From an uncultured Gammaproteobacteria bacterium (lineage in GTDB: Bacteria > Pseudomonadota > Gammaproteobacteria > Francisellales > CACEW01): a stretch of 45,934 bases of DNA. Below the pieces are notes generated by a model. It searched no databases, was not told the DNA's origin, and worked only from the letters and a program-made list of their open reading frames with translations. Made by a program: the position numbers and the translations under genes. Positions 32,210 through 40,002 of the stretch are shown piece after piece. Within the stretch, counting starts at the first letter, position 1, and every line of letters starts with the position of its first letter. Location of the stretch: positions 1 to 45,934 of the forward strand of contig CAZIIK010000045.1 in NCBI GenBank assembly GCA_964539235.1, in the 5' to 3' direction.

Positions 32210-32514
32210 AAACCTAAAAAGGCGGAGCGGATCTTTTTTCGGACGGGTTAGCGCCAAACCTAATATCCAACAGCAAAGCTCAAAGCAACCCCACTTGGAA
32301 TGATCCACTATACATAACGTGAATATCATCAAGAATGGCAGGCAAGCGCACGCAACATAAAACGTCGAGTTAGGCTGACAAGAAACCAAGCAATAAATGA
32401 GCGACAATCCCTTGAGAAAAAAGCATCCCGCAGCCCACCTGAATTGGACGATAGGCCAAACCACCAGACCTTTCAGTCGATATAAAAATCCTCAACGATT
32501 GCTACACCTGCCAA

Positions 32515-32618
32515 ATGACCTTGAGGGTATTTCCTGAGGAGACTCTGCGCCAGGACGGCGCAGCGTCAGTTGCCACGGAGGGCTTTACAACGGTCCGAAG
32601 GGAATACCTCAAGGTCAT
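32515..32618. mobile_element. 104-bp MITE/REP-like palindromic element
   Basis: Left arm ATGACCTTGAGGGTATTTCC (32515..32534) pairs with right arm GGAATACCTCAAGGTCAT (32601..32618). Internal 7-bp hairpin CTGCGCC/GGCGCAG (32545..32563). Flanked by a 23-bp direct repeat CAG(T/C)CGATATAAAAAT(C/T)CTCAAC at 32474..32496 and 32651..32673. Confidence 0.55.
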
Positions 32619-32725
32619 GCGAGCACTGCAAGACTCTTGCATCAACTCATCAGCCGATATAAAAATTCTCAACAGAGCCCCAATCCGCTAAACTATGCCG
32701 CCACAAAACAATCGACCCACAACAC

Positions 32726-34912
32726 ATGCACGCACCCCAAATCCTCGACGGCCTCAATGAAAAACAAACAGAAGCCGTTAGCGCACCCTTACAAAACCTA
32801 CTGATTCTCGCCGGTGCTGGCAGTGGAAAAACCCGCGTATTAATCCATCGCCTCGCCTGGTTGTTCACCCAAGCACACATCTCACCACAACAAATCCTAG
32901 CCGTCACATTCACCAACAAAGCCGCCAAAGAAATGCGCCATCGCATGCAAGACTACTTCCATATCGACACACGCTCGATGTGGGTCGGCACATTTCATGG
33001 CCTTGCACATAAATTTCTACGCCTACATGCCGCCCAAGCACACCTACAACCTGATTTCCAAGTCATCGACAGTGACGACCAATACCGCCTAGTGCGCCGC
33101 ATTATTAAACGCCTGGGCCTGGATGAAAAACACTGGCCTGCCCGACCCGCACAACACTTTATTAACAGCCAAAAAGACCAAGGCAAACGCGCTGCACAAG
33201 TCGAAGCCGATACCCTAGAACATAAAACCTTAGTCAAAGTGTACGCCGCTTACGAAACACACTGCCAAGACAACCAACTGGTCGATTTCTGTGAACTCCT
33301 GTTGCGCTGCTACGAAACGCTAGAAAATGATGCAGCGCTACGCTATGAGTATCAACAACGTTTCCGCTACATCCTGGTCGACGAATTCCAAGACACCAAC
33401 AGCATTCAATATCAATGGCTACGACTATTGATCACCGAACATAACCACATTATGGCCGTTGGTGATGATGATCAATCGATTTATGGTTGGCGCGGCGCTC
33501 AAATTGAAAACATCCATCGCTTCGAACATGACTTAGCGCCTGTCGCCGTCATTCGCCTGGAGCAAAATTATCGTTCCAGCCAAACAATTCTTAAAGCCGC
33601 AAATGCATTAATTGCACATAACCAAACCCGCCTGGGCAAAGACCTTTGGACTGACATCGAAGCAGGCCAGCCTATTTACCTCTACCAAGCATTCAATGAG
33701 CTAGAAGAAGCGAAATTTATCGTCAGCCAAATCCAACAGAAATTACTCGATGGACACGCCTGTCGCGACATGGCCATTTTATACCGCTCCAATGCACAAT
33801 CCCGCCTATTAGAAGAAGCACTGATTCATGCAAACGTACCGTATCGCATCTACGGTGGCCTTAAATTCTTCGAACGTGCTGAAATCAAAACCGCTTTAGC
33901 CTACTTCCGACTGATTCAGCATAAACACGACAATGATGCCTTGGAACGCGTGATCAACACACCCACTCGCGGCATTGGTGAACGCACCTTGGAACACCTG
34001 CGCCAATATGCCCGCGAACACGGCCGTACGCTATGGCATGCCTTAATCGACACCATTAATCAAAAAACCCTGGCGGCCCGCGCCTGCACAGCATTAAGCC
34101 GCTTTGCCGAATTAATCGCAGGTTTAGAAGAAGCCCTGCAGAACCAAGCCTTGCACACACAAATTCAAACCGTGATCGAACACACTGAACTCATTGCGCA
34201 CTACCGCCAAGAGCCGGGCGAAAAAGGACAAGCACGTGTCGAAAACTTAGCTGAACTCGTGACAGCTGCGAAACAATTCTCCGCCGACCCCGGCGAAGAA
34301 CTCCCAGTTTTATCCGCCTTTTTAGCGCATGCCGCATTGGAAGCCGGTGAAACTCAAGCAGACGAAACGGCTGACAGCGTACAATTGATGACCTTACATG
34401 CAGCCAAGGGATTGGAATTCCCCGTTGTATTTATCTGCGGTTTGGAAGAACAGCTATTTCCATCACCTCAATCGATTCAAAGACCGATCAAACTCGAAGA
34501 AGAACGCCGCTTATGTTATGTCGGCATGACGCGAGCCATGCAATGCCTATATCTCACCTATGCCGAATACCGCCGTGTTTTTGGTGACAACCAACTGCAC
34601 TTACCTTCACGCTTTATTCGCGAGATCCCCGCGGAATTCTGCCAAGAGATTCGCCTCAAAAATGAAGTGCGCCGCCCTCATCTGTGTCGGCAACCACAAC
34701 GCACTCAAGCAACCAACACCCTGAGCAACACCCGCACACACAGCAGCGGAACAAACTGGTCAGTTGGCCAGGCCGTCCGCCACGAAAAATTTGGCACTGG
34801 TGTTGTACTGAATTATGAAAGCGGTGGTCGTCAGGCACGCGTACAAGTGCGCTTTGCCAATGGTGAAAACAAATGGTTAATCGCGGCTTATGCACGACTG
34901 CATGCGGAGTAA
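32726..34912 (+). CDS. uvrD: DNA helicase II (UvrD/Rep family)
   Basis: 728 aa: AGAGSGKTRVL, TFTNKAAKEM, VDEFQDTN, QNYRS, LMTLHAAKGLEFP and YVGMTRA helicase motifs. Confidence 0.9.
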   Translation: MHAPQILDGLNEKQTEAVSAPLQNLLILAGAGSGKTRVLIHRLAWLFTQAHISPQQILAVTFTNKAAKEMRHRMQDYFHIDTRSMWVGTFHGLAHKFLRLHAAQAHLQPDFQVIDSDDQYRLVRRIIKRLGLDEKHWPARPAQHFINSQKDQGKRAAQVEADTLEHKTLVKVYAAYETHCQDNQLVDFCELLLRCYETLENDAALRYEYQQRFRYILVDEFQDTNSIQYQWLRLLITEHNHIMAVGDDDQSIYGWRGAQIENIHRFEHDLAPVAVIRLEQNYRSSQTILKAANALIAHNQTRLGKDLWTDIEAGQPIYLYQAFNELEEAKFIVSQIQQKLLDGHACRDMAILYRSNAQSRLLEEALIHANVPYRIYGGLKFFERAEIKTALAYFRLIQHKHDNDALERVINTPTRGIGERTLEHLRQYAREHGRTLWHALIDTINQKTLAARACTALSRFAELIAGLEEALQNQALHTQIQTVIEHTELIAHYRQEPGEKGQARVENLAELVTAAKQFSADPGEELPVLSAFLAHAALEAGETQADETADSVQLMTLHAAKGLEFPVVFICGLEEQLFPSPQSIQRPIKLEEERRLCYVGMTRAMQCLYLTYAEYRRVFGDNQLHLPSRFIREIPAEFCQEIRLKNEVRRPHLCRQPQRTQATNTLSNTRTHSSGTNWSVGQAVRHEKFGTGVVLNYESGGRQARVQVRFANGENKWLIAAYARLHAE

Positions 34913-34914
34913 TC

Positions 34915-35898
34915 ATGCAAAACGGTTACACCCACCCCATTTCTATCGCACCGATGATGGACTATACCGACCGTCATTGTCGGTATTTTCTGCGGCAAAT
35001 CACAGAAAAAGCTTTGCTCTACACCGAAATGGTCACCACACAGGCGATCCTGCGCGGCCAGCGTGATTATTTATTACGCCACCATCCAGCTGAGCATCCC
35101 ATCGCCTTACAGCTGGGCGGATCCGATCCAACACAATTGGCAGCATGCTGCCGTATCGCAACGGACTATGGCTACGATGAAATCAACCTCAATGTTGGCT
35201 GCCCCTCTGACCGCGTACAATCTGGTCGCTTTGGCCTTTGCCTGATGAAAGACCCGCAACAAGTCGCCGAATGTCTGACAGACATGCAGGCTGCCACGTC
35301 ATGCCCAATCACTGTCAAAACCCGCTTAGGCGTCGACGAGCTCGATAGCGATACTTACCTACATAGTTTTATTGGCACATTGGCTAAAACGGGCTGCCAA
35401 ACCTTTATCATTCATGCCCGCAAAGGATGGTTAAAAGGCCTGAATCCAAAACAAAATCGTACCATTCCACCTTTGCAATACGAGCGGGTTTACCAACTCA
35501 AACAAGCCTTTCCAACCCTGAATATTATCCTCAATGGTGGTGTTGAAACCTTGGCAGATATGCAAACACATTTGGCACACGTCGATGGGGTGATGCTGGG
35601 CCGCGCAGCCTATCACAACCCTTACATCCTGGCAGCAGTTGACCCAACTTTTTATGCCGCTACTATGCCGATTCCAACACGACAGGATATTCTGCAGCGC
35701 CTCAACGCTTATGTAGAAACCGAGCTACAACAAGGCCAAAAACTGCATCATATTTCGCGTCATTTACATGGCTTATATTTTGCACAACCCCAGGCCAAAC
35801 AATGGCGCCGGCACTTAAACCAACTCAGCCAAACGGACCAACCACAACAGGCGTGGAAACAGTTGATAAAAAATCTGACATTTTTATTGATTTATTGA
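34915..35898 (+). CDS. dusA: tRNA-dihydrouridine synthase A
   Basis: Start at ATG 34915 (MQNGYTHPISIAPMMDYTDRHCRYFLR), 327 aa. The DusA-type N-terminus, NLNVGCP and HARK motifs are present. Confidence 0.9.
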   Translation: MQNGYTHPISIAPMMDYTDRHCRYFLRQITEKALLYTEMVTTQAILRGQRDYLLRHHPAEHPIALQLGGSDPTQLAACCRIATDYGYDEINLNVGCPSDRVQSGRFGLCLMKDPQQVAECLTDMQAATSCPITVKTRLGVDELDSDTYLHSFIGTLAKTGCQTFIIHARKGWLKGLNPKQNRTIPPLQYERVYQLKQAFPTLNIILNGGVETLADMQTHLAHVDGVMLGRAAYHNPYILAAVDPTFYAATMPIPTRQDILQRLNAYVETELQQGQKLHHISRHLHGLYFAQPQAKQWRRHLNQLSQTDQPQQAWKQLIKNLTFLLIY

Positions 35899-35948
35899 CA
35901 TAAAATAAATTATAATTCGATCATAATAACAACAATAAAGCCATAAAA

Positions 35949-36590
35949 TTGTTTGAATCTTGTCGTAATATCTGCACTATTCCAGCCGCTGTTTGGGGAG
36001 GCATTTCCTCTATTGCGGGATGGTCTGCCAAACAAACCGCTCGGGCTTGGGACCAAGTTGAAAGAGCGGGCTTCAAATTATGTTCATGCTTTTCCCTGGC
36101 AACGATTCAAGGCATGGCCTACTTCAACATTGCGACGGACGGTATCTATCTGGTGGCAAGTTTTTGGAAAAACATGCTCACAGCCTTCCCTGATGTCTAT
36201 GAAAATGGTGAAGCGGGTTACCAAACACCTGCCTGGCGTTGGTCTATTTTTGGCATGTCACTACTGGTGGCAATCTGGGGTCTGCTGGCTGAACGCTTTA
36301 GGCCTAAAAACATATCCAGAGAGATGGGAACAGAAAGCGACGCCGCCCAAGACACACGCGGGAATTACATTGGCCCTCTGAACGGCATTTATATGGTCTG
36401 GCACTGGTGGCGCAGCCTCTTTAGTGCGGCTAAAAATGGCCGACATGCGATTGTTAATCTAGTCAAAGCTGTTTTAGGCGTTCAGGGCTGGACAACGCTC
36501 GGCTTACACGCAGATGATGAAAGCACCATTGGTCAATGGGCATTGAGTGCGGCAACCCTTTATGTTGTCGCGACCTTTTCCGGCTCCTGA
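35949..36590 (+). CDS. hypothetical multi-pass membrane protein (probably the N-terminal part of a frameshifted gene)
   Basis: 213-codon ORF with a TTG start and no clear SD. Several hydrophobic helices (GIYLVASFW, WSIFGMSLLVAIWGLL, WALSAATLYVVATF). No family recognised. Ends TGA-TAG inside the next ORF. Confidence 0.5.
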   Translation: MFESCRNICTIPAAVWGGISSIAGWSAKQTARAWDQVERAGFKLCSCFSLATIQGMAYFNIATDGIYLVASFWKNMLTAFPDVYENGEAGYQTPAWRWSIFGMSLLVAIWGLLAERFRPKNISREMGTESDAAQDTRGNYIGPLNGIYMVWHWWRSLFSAAKNGRHAIVNLVKAVLGVQGWTTLGLHADDESTIGQWALSAATLYVVATFSGS

Positions 36591-37516
36591 TAGAAAAAAC
36601 CAACAAAAAAGAACAAGGAACATGCACCCTGATTCTTGGTGCTGGCGCCAGTGTATTAGACGGCCTACTGGATGGCCTATATATTCCGGGCAATATTGAA
36701 ATCTTTGTCTCGCTATTTGCATCGACTATGTTTGCCGCATCACCCTACGGACGCGCTGCTGCATTCCTGCCCATTATCGCACTGTCGCTTTTAGGCAAAG
36801 TCACTGAAAACATGTATGGCGGACGTGTCCCGCGATTTGGTCGCGCCTGGCATGTGGTCCGTGCATTGCTAAATGGCGCTAAAAACATGGTGCAAGCCTG
36901 CATGATGCTCACCGCCTTTTTTCTTGATAGAGATATGGACAATGTTGCGGATGATGCATTTAACACCTTAAAAATATTTGGTTACACCGCTTTAATCCTG
37001 GCAATGCTACGCGCATTAACATCGACCATCACTGCCTTCCACAGTTTACGCACAGTCAAAAATCGTGATGGTGTTGTCCCCGGGAATGGTTATCTACCGC
37101 CTGGTTCGGATCGCAGTTCCACTGGAAGTGGAGGTTCTGTAGATCATTTAGTAGCGGAAACTGTTACCATGGCATCCTCTAGCGAAGAAGAAGACTCTAG
37201 GGGTGGCAGCTTTGTTGACTCCACAGCAGCGCCTTTGCTGCCAGCAGGCCACAGAGATGGTTCAAATGGTACCTCTGATGCTGCTCATACCAGAAGGGCC
37301 GTGTTAGAGGCTGCTGCACCTGTTGGAGAAATGCCTAACGCTGTTGTGATTGATGTTGCACCAGCAGAAGTAAGAAACACAGCTACAACTACTGCTGCCA
37401 CATCTCAATCAGACACTGAAACATGGGGCGAATGGGCGTCAGGTTGGTACACTTGGGCATCTGCAAAAGTATTTGGCGCATCCACTCCAGACACCCCGGC
37501 AACAAAAACGGGGTAA
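36536..37516 (+). CDS. hypothetical membrane protein with a disordered acidic/Ser-Thr and Trp-rich tail (probably the C-terminal part of the same gene, in the -1 frame)
   Basis: 326-codon ORF overlapping the previous one by 55 nt, with no SD before ATG 36536. Frame 2 is open from 36521. Has TM helices, then a low-complexity tail ...SSSEEEDSRGG...TETWGEWASGWYTWASAKVFG. Confidence 0.5.
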   Translation: MGIECGNPLCCRDLFRLLIEKTNKKEQGTCTLILGAGASVLDGLLDGLYIPGNIEIFVSLFASTMFAASPYGRAAAFLPIIALSLLGKVTENMYGGRVPRFGRAWHVVRALLNGAKNMVQACMMLTAFFLDRDMDNVADDAFNTLKIFGYTALILAMLRALTSTITAFHSLRTVKNRDGVVPGNGYLPPGSDRSSTGSGGSVDHLVAETVTMASSSEEEDSRGGSFVDSTAAPLLPAGHRDGSNGTSDAAHTRRAVLEAAAPVGEMPNAVVIDVAPAEVRNTATTTAATSQSDTETWGEWASGWYTWASAKVFGASTPDTPATKTG

Positions 37517-37623
37517 TATGCGACGGCTCGTGTGACAGGTGCGCCAGGCTCCACCGGAGATCCTTATGCCTGCCTATCACGCCTGGCTGCTGCCGGAGGG
37601 TAATCTATTCGCGCAAAGGTCTG

Positions 37624-37668
37624 CGCAAAAAAACCCACCGAATGCTATCACTAACATGCGGTGGGTTT
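37624..37668 (-). terminator. rho-independent terminator between convergent genes
   Basis: AAACCCACCG (37631..37640) pairs with CGGTGGGTTT (37659..37668). On the minus strand the hairpin is followed by T7, downstream of the stop at 37709. Confidence 0.65.
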
Positions 37669-37708
37669 GAGGAGAAAACAACGGTCTTATTTATGACCTA
37701 AGCCACAC

Positions 37709-38104
37709 TTAGATTAAAGACGTCAGTCCTTGTGACAAGCCCAAATCTTGCTTGGGCGGCAATACACCCGACAGCATAGCTTCATCTGCCGACTTTTGTT
37801 TTTGCTGCACCACAATCTGCACATCGGCAGCTTGATGATCACGTTTCACATACAAACGCATGGCTGTAATGGCTGCTTTAAAGGAACGCGTGGGCTCTTC
37901 TTCCAATTCACAAATACTTTGCAGCGCTTCCACCACATCATCTGCCGTCATGCTTTTATCATCCAAAATATCAATCAGCAGGGATTCATCTTCCAACAGC
38001 CAGTCGTCTGAATGAAATTCAACACATTGTTTACATTTATAAACCACACTGCCATTATAGGCCTGTAATTGTTCGGCATAATCAGCAACAGTTTGGTGCT
38101 TCAT
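37709..38104 (-). CDS. hypothetical acidic protein (131 aa)
   Basis: ATG 38104 sits 8 nt after a strong AAGGAG SD (MKHQTVADYAEQLQAYNGSVVYKCKQCVEFH...). One CxxC; Asp/Glu-rich; no family recognised. Confidence 0.65.
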   Translation of the reverse strand: MKHQTVADYAEQLQAYNGSVVYKCKQCVEFHSDDWLLEDESLLIDILDDKSMTADDVVEALQSICELEEEPTRSFKAAITAMRLYVKRDHQAADVQIVVQQKQKSADEAMLSGVLPPKQDLGLSQGLTSLI

Positions 38105-38135
38105 GGTTAGCACTCCTTATAGTAGGCGATAGGTT

Positions 38136-38369
38136 TTAGCCCCACCGGCTTTGCAATTTCTTATCTAAAATCACTTGCATCACGTAGTCTTCCATCTGGC
38201 GCTCTAAATCTCTTTCTAAAGAACGCGCTAAACGCAAAGCAATTTCGACTTGGATATGATGACCATTTTCCCCTGCACGTAATACAAGATCACGCACCAT
38301 TTCTTCCAGCAGAGAGAACTGCACAACAGGATCTTCATCATGAGTAGAAATACGGTATTGATCGGTCAT
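38136..38369 (-). CDS. Arc/MetJ-type ribbon-helix-helix DNA-binding protein
   Basis: 77 aa behind an AAGGAAG SD. VQFSLLEEMVRDLVLRAGENGHHIQVEIALRLARSLERD parallels the Arc repressor pattern FNLRWPREVLDLVRKVAEENGRSVNSEIYQRVMESF (beta-strand, helix, helix). Confidence 0.6.
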   Translation of the reverse strand: MTDQYRISTHDEDPVVQFSLLEEMVRDLVLRAGENGHHIQVEIALRLARSLERDLERQMEDYVMQVILDKKLQSRWG

Positions 38370-38404
38370 AGCAAACTTCCTTATATTAAAACTGTAACGA
38401 ATAG

Positions 38405-38419
38405 GTGGTTTTTAACCAC
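38405..38419. promoter_or_regulatory. perfect palindrome upstream of the RHH gene (candidate operator)
   Basis: GTGGTT-ttt-AACCAC, 36 to 50 nt upstream of ATG 38369. Confidence 0.3.
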
Positions 38420-38535
38420 GCTTATCTATGTCGCTATCAGACCATAAGGAAAAATTGAAAAAAATGATTTTTTTACCGGTTATCTGGCTGAAATTTAAAC
38501 GCCTGTAAATTCACATACGTTTCCTACAAGCAAAT

Positions 38536-39138
38536 TTACCAAACGACCTGAAACACTTGCCCAGTCTGCAAACCTTCAACACTCTTACTATAAGCCAGAT
38601 CAGCTTCAGCAGCTGGAACCGGTTTATAACCGCGAAAATAAGGCGCATATCCCGACATTGACTCAGCAATGACGGTTGGACTGACCACATTGATCCGTTG
38701 TTGATGCGGTAATTCTAGGGCTGCCGTGCGCGCAAAGCCTTACACAGCAACATTCACCATGCCAGCGCCACTGCCATAGCGAATTGGATCCATATTTAAT
38801 AGACCTGAGGTTAGGGTAAACACACCACCTGCTTGTATGCGTGACTGACCGAGCAACACCAAACTCACCTGGCCTATCAGTTTGTGATCCACACCGATGC
38901 GGTACTCTGCTTCGGTCATTTCGTCTAACGGCCCAAAATGTACTTTACCCGCACAACAGACCACAGCATCAAATTCCCCAACCGCATCGTATAAGGCAAC
39001 AATAGAATCCGAATCAGTCAAATCGACTTGAAAGTCACCTGACTGACTGCCCGCTGTCACAACATCATGGCGCGCACCCAACTCAGCAACTACCGCTTGG
39101 CCAATGGTACCGGTACCCCCAATCACAATAATTTTCAT
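38536..39138 (-). pseudogene. short (~200 aa) NAD(P)-binding short-chain dehydrogenase interrupted by one in-frame TAA at 38740..38742
   Basis: MKIIVIGGTGTIGQAV...GAGMVNVAV-TAA-GFARTAALELPHQQRINVVSPTVIAESM...QVFQVVW-TAA. My own translation of 38536..38739 continues in frame to a second stop at 38536..38538. Confidence 0.8.
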
Positions 39139-39284
39139 CTGTCTTACCCCCGTTTTTTTTGCATGGCACAGGGTAACGGGTTACACCCTTAAATGACAAC
39201 GTGATTTTCTACACCGGGTTGCCTGGGATGACTCAACCTAAGACATCTCAAAAGCGTGGCGACCGGTTGGCAACGAGTGTTCGT

Positions 39285-39390
39285 GGATGTTAGGGGCAAG
39301 CTTGATCAGTGAGTCTGAGGCATGGATGCCGAAGCCGAGCGCCCATGGATGGATTCACCGCGTTACTGAGCAAGCTTGCTCCTAACATCC
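39285..39390. mobile_element. 106-bp MITE/REP-like palindromic element
   Basis: 28-nt terminal inverted repeat with 3 mismatches: GGATGTTAGGGGCAAGCTTGATCAGTGA (39285..39312) versus the reverse complement of 39363..39390. Internal small hairpin GGCAT-gg-ATGCC. Shares GGGGCAAGCTT with 5158..5168. Confidence 0.55.
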
Positions 39391-39497
39391 TTAGAAAAAA
39401 ATACAAACTCAATAGATTGGAAAGGCCGCTATATAACTTCAGTGGTAGATGAAATTCAAAGTGAAATCCGTTTCCACTTCTGCCTGCCAGCGCAATG

Positions 39498-39526
39498 TTG
39501 CCTTTTGCAAACCCCCTCCTTATAAT
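39498..39526 (+). promoter_or_regulatory. candidate strong sigma70 promoter for fis
   Basis: TTGCCT (39498..39503), 17 nt, TATAAT (39521..39526), followed by the GC-rich discriminator CCGCTGG. Lies about 120 nt upstream of ATG 39655. Confidence 0.5.
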
Positions 39527-39654
39527 CCGCTGGATTAAAAGTAAACAGCTGTGCCCAAACGCCTTTATTCATGCGGACTACAGCTGTAAAAAGAGACTAA
39601 AAAGCCCAAAAACCCCATGCCCATAGTCTCAAAAAACAATCAAGAGGAAACAAC

Positions 39655-39936
39655 ATGCCCGCAACCATGCACTACGATAAAAGCCTGAACGAAACCCAGT
39701 CCAAAGGCCAAATTCCACTCAGCGAATACATTGCCAATATGCTACAAACCTATTTTGAAAACGTGGGTAACCAACTACCAGACAACCTGTACGCATTGAT
39801 TATGACCGAAATGGAAGCGCCCCTATTAGAAGCCATCATGAAGCACACACGCTACAACCAAAGCAAAGCGGCGAAAATTCTTGGCATTAACCGCGGTACA
39901 TTTCGTAAAAAACTTGCTTACTATGGCATGCTGTAG
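39655..39936 (+). CDS. fis: DNA-binding protein Fis
   Basis: 93 aa ending ...YNQSKAAKILGINRGTFRKKLAYYGML (Fis HTH); AGAGGA SD. Confidence 0.9.
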   Translation: MPATMHYDKSLNETQSKGQIPLSEYIANMLQTYFENVGNQLPDNLYALIMTEMEAPLLEAIMKHTRYNQSKAAKILGINRGTFRKKLAYYGML

Positions 39937-39960
39937 TTACACGTTATACACCCTTATGAT

Positions 39961-39986
39961 AAGGCCTCTACTCGAGGCCTTTTTTG
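39961..39986 (+). terminator. rho-independent terminator after fis
   Basis: AAGGCCTC-tactc-GAGGCCTT followed by TTTTT. Confidence 0.75.
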
Positions 39987-40002
39987 TCACCATCGATTAA
40001 CC

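Noticed and set aside
32180-32464. 94-aa minus-strand ORF in the oprB-uvrD spacer
   Set aside because: No SD, and the translation is Cys/Trp/Phe-rich and implausible. Its 3' end runs into the 26-bp repeat. It is better explained as non-coding repeat-associated DNA.
32184-32540. Possible CRISPR array (identical 26-bp repeats)
   Set aside because: There are only two copies, 331 bp apart (far larger than a spacer), and no cas genes. One copy is part of a long inverted repeat.
32650-32946. 98-aa minus-strand ORF overlapping the uvrD start
   Set aside because: It is antisense to the conserved uvrD N-terminus (AGAGSGKT region) and has no start context.
34915-35898. dusA-associated integrative element (dusA 5' ends are known integration hot spots)
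   Set aside because: The dusA N-terminus is intact and abuts uvrD with a 2-nt gap. No integrase, excisionase or att-like duplication is present. The orphan genes lie 3' of dusA, not 5'.
35953-36381. 142-aa ORF in an alternative plus frame over the first membrane-protein ORF
   Set aside because: It is shorter, Pro/Gly/Leu-rich and lacks hydrophobic periodicity. The frame-0 ORF gives coherent TM helices.
36536-36590. Programmed -1 ribosomal frameshift joining the two membrane-protein ORFs
   Set aside because: There is no X_XXY_YYZ heptamer in the zero frame (CCCTTTA is out of register) and no obvious downstream pseudoknot. A mutational frameshift or an assembly indel is more likely, so I kept it only as a possibility.
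13215-38742. Stop-codon reassignment (TAA read as Glu or Gln) as the explanation for the three in-frame TAA codons
   Set aside because: TAA is the terminator of at least 15 well-delimited genes in this window (fusA, rpsG, rpsL, rpsA, serC, uvrD, topA, tgt, trpC and others), and their protein lengths end where homologues end. A global reassignment is therefore not tenable. Only local readthrough or genuine nonsense mutations remain.
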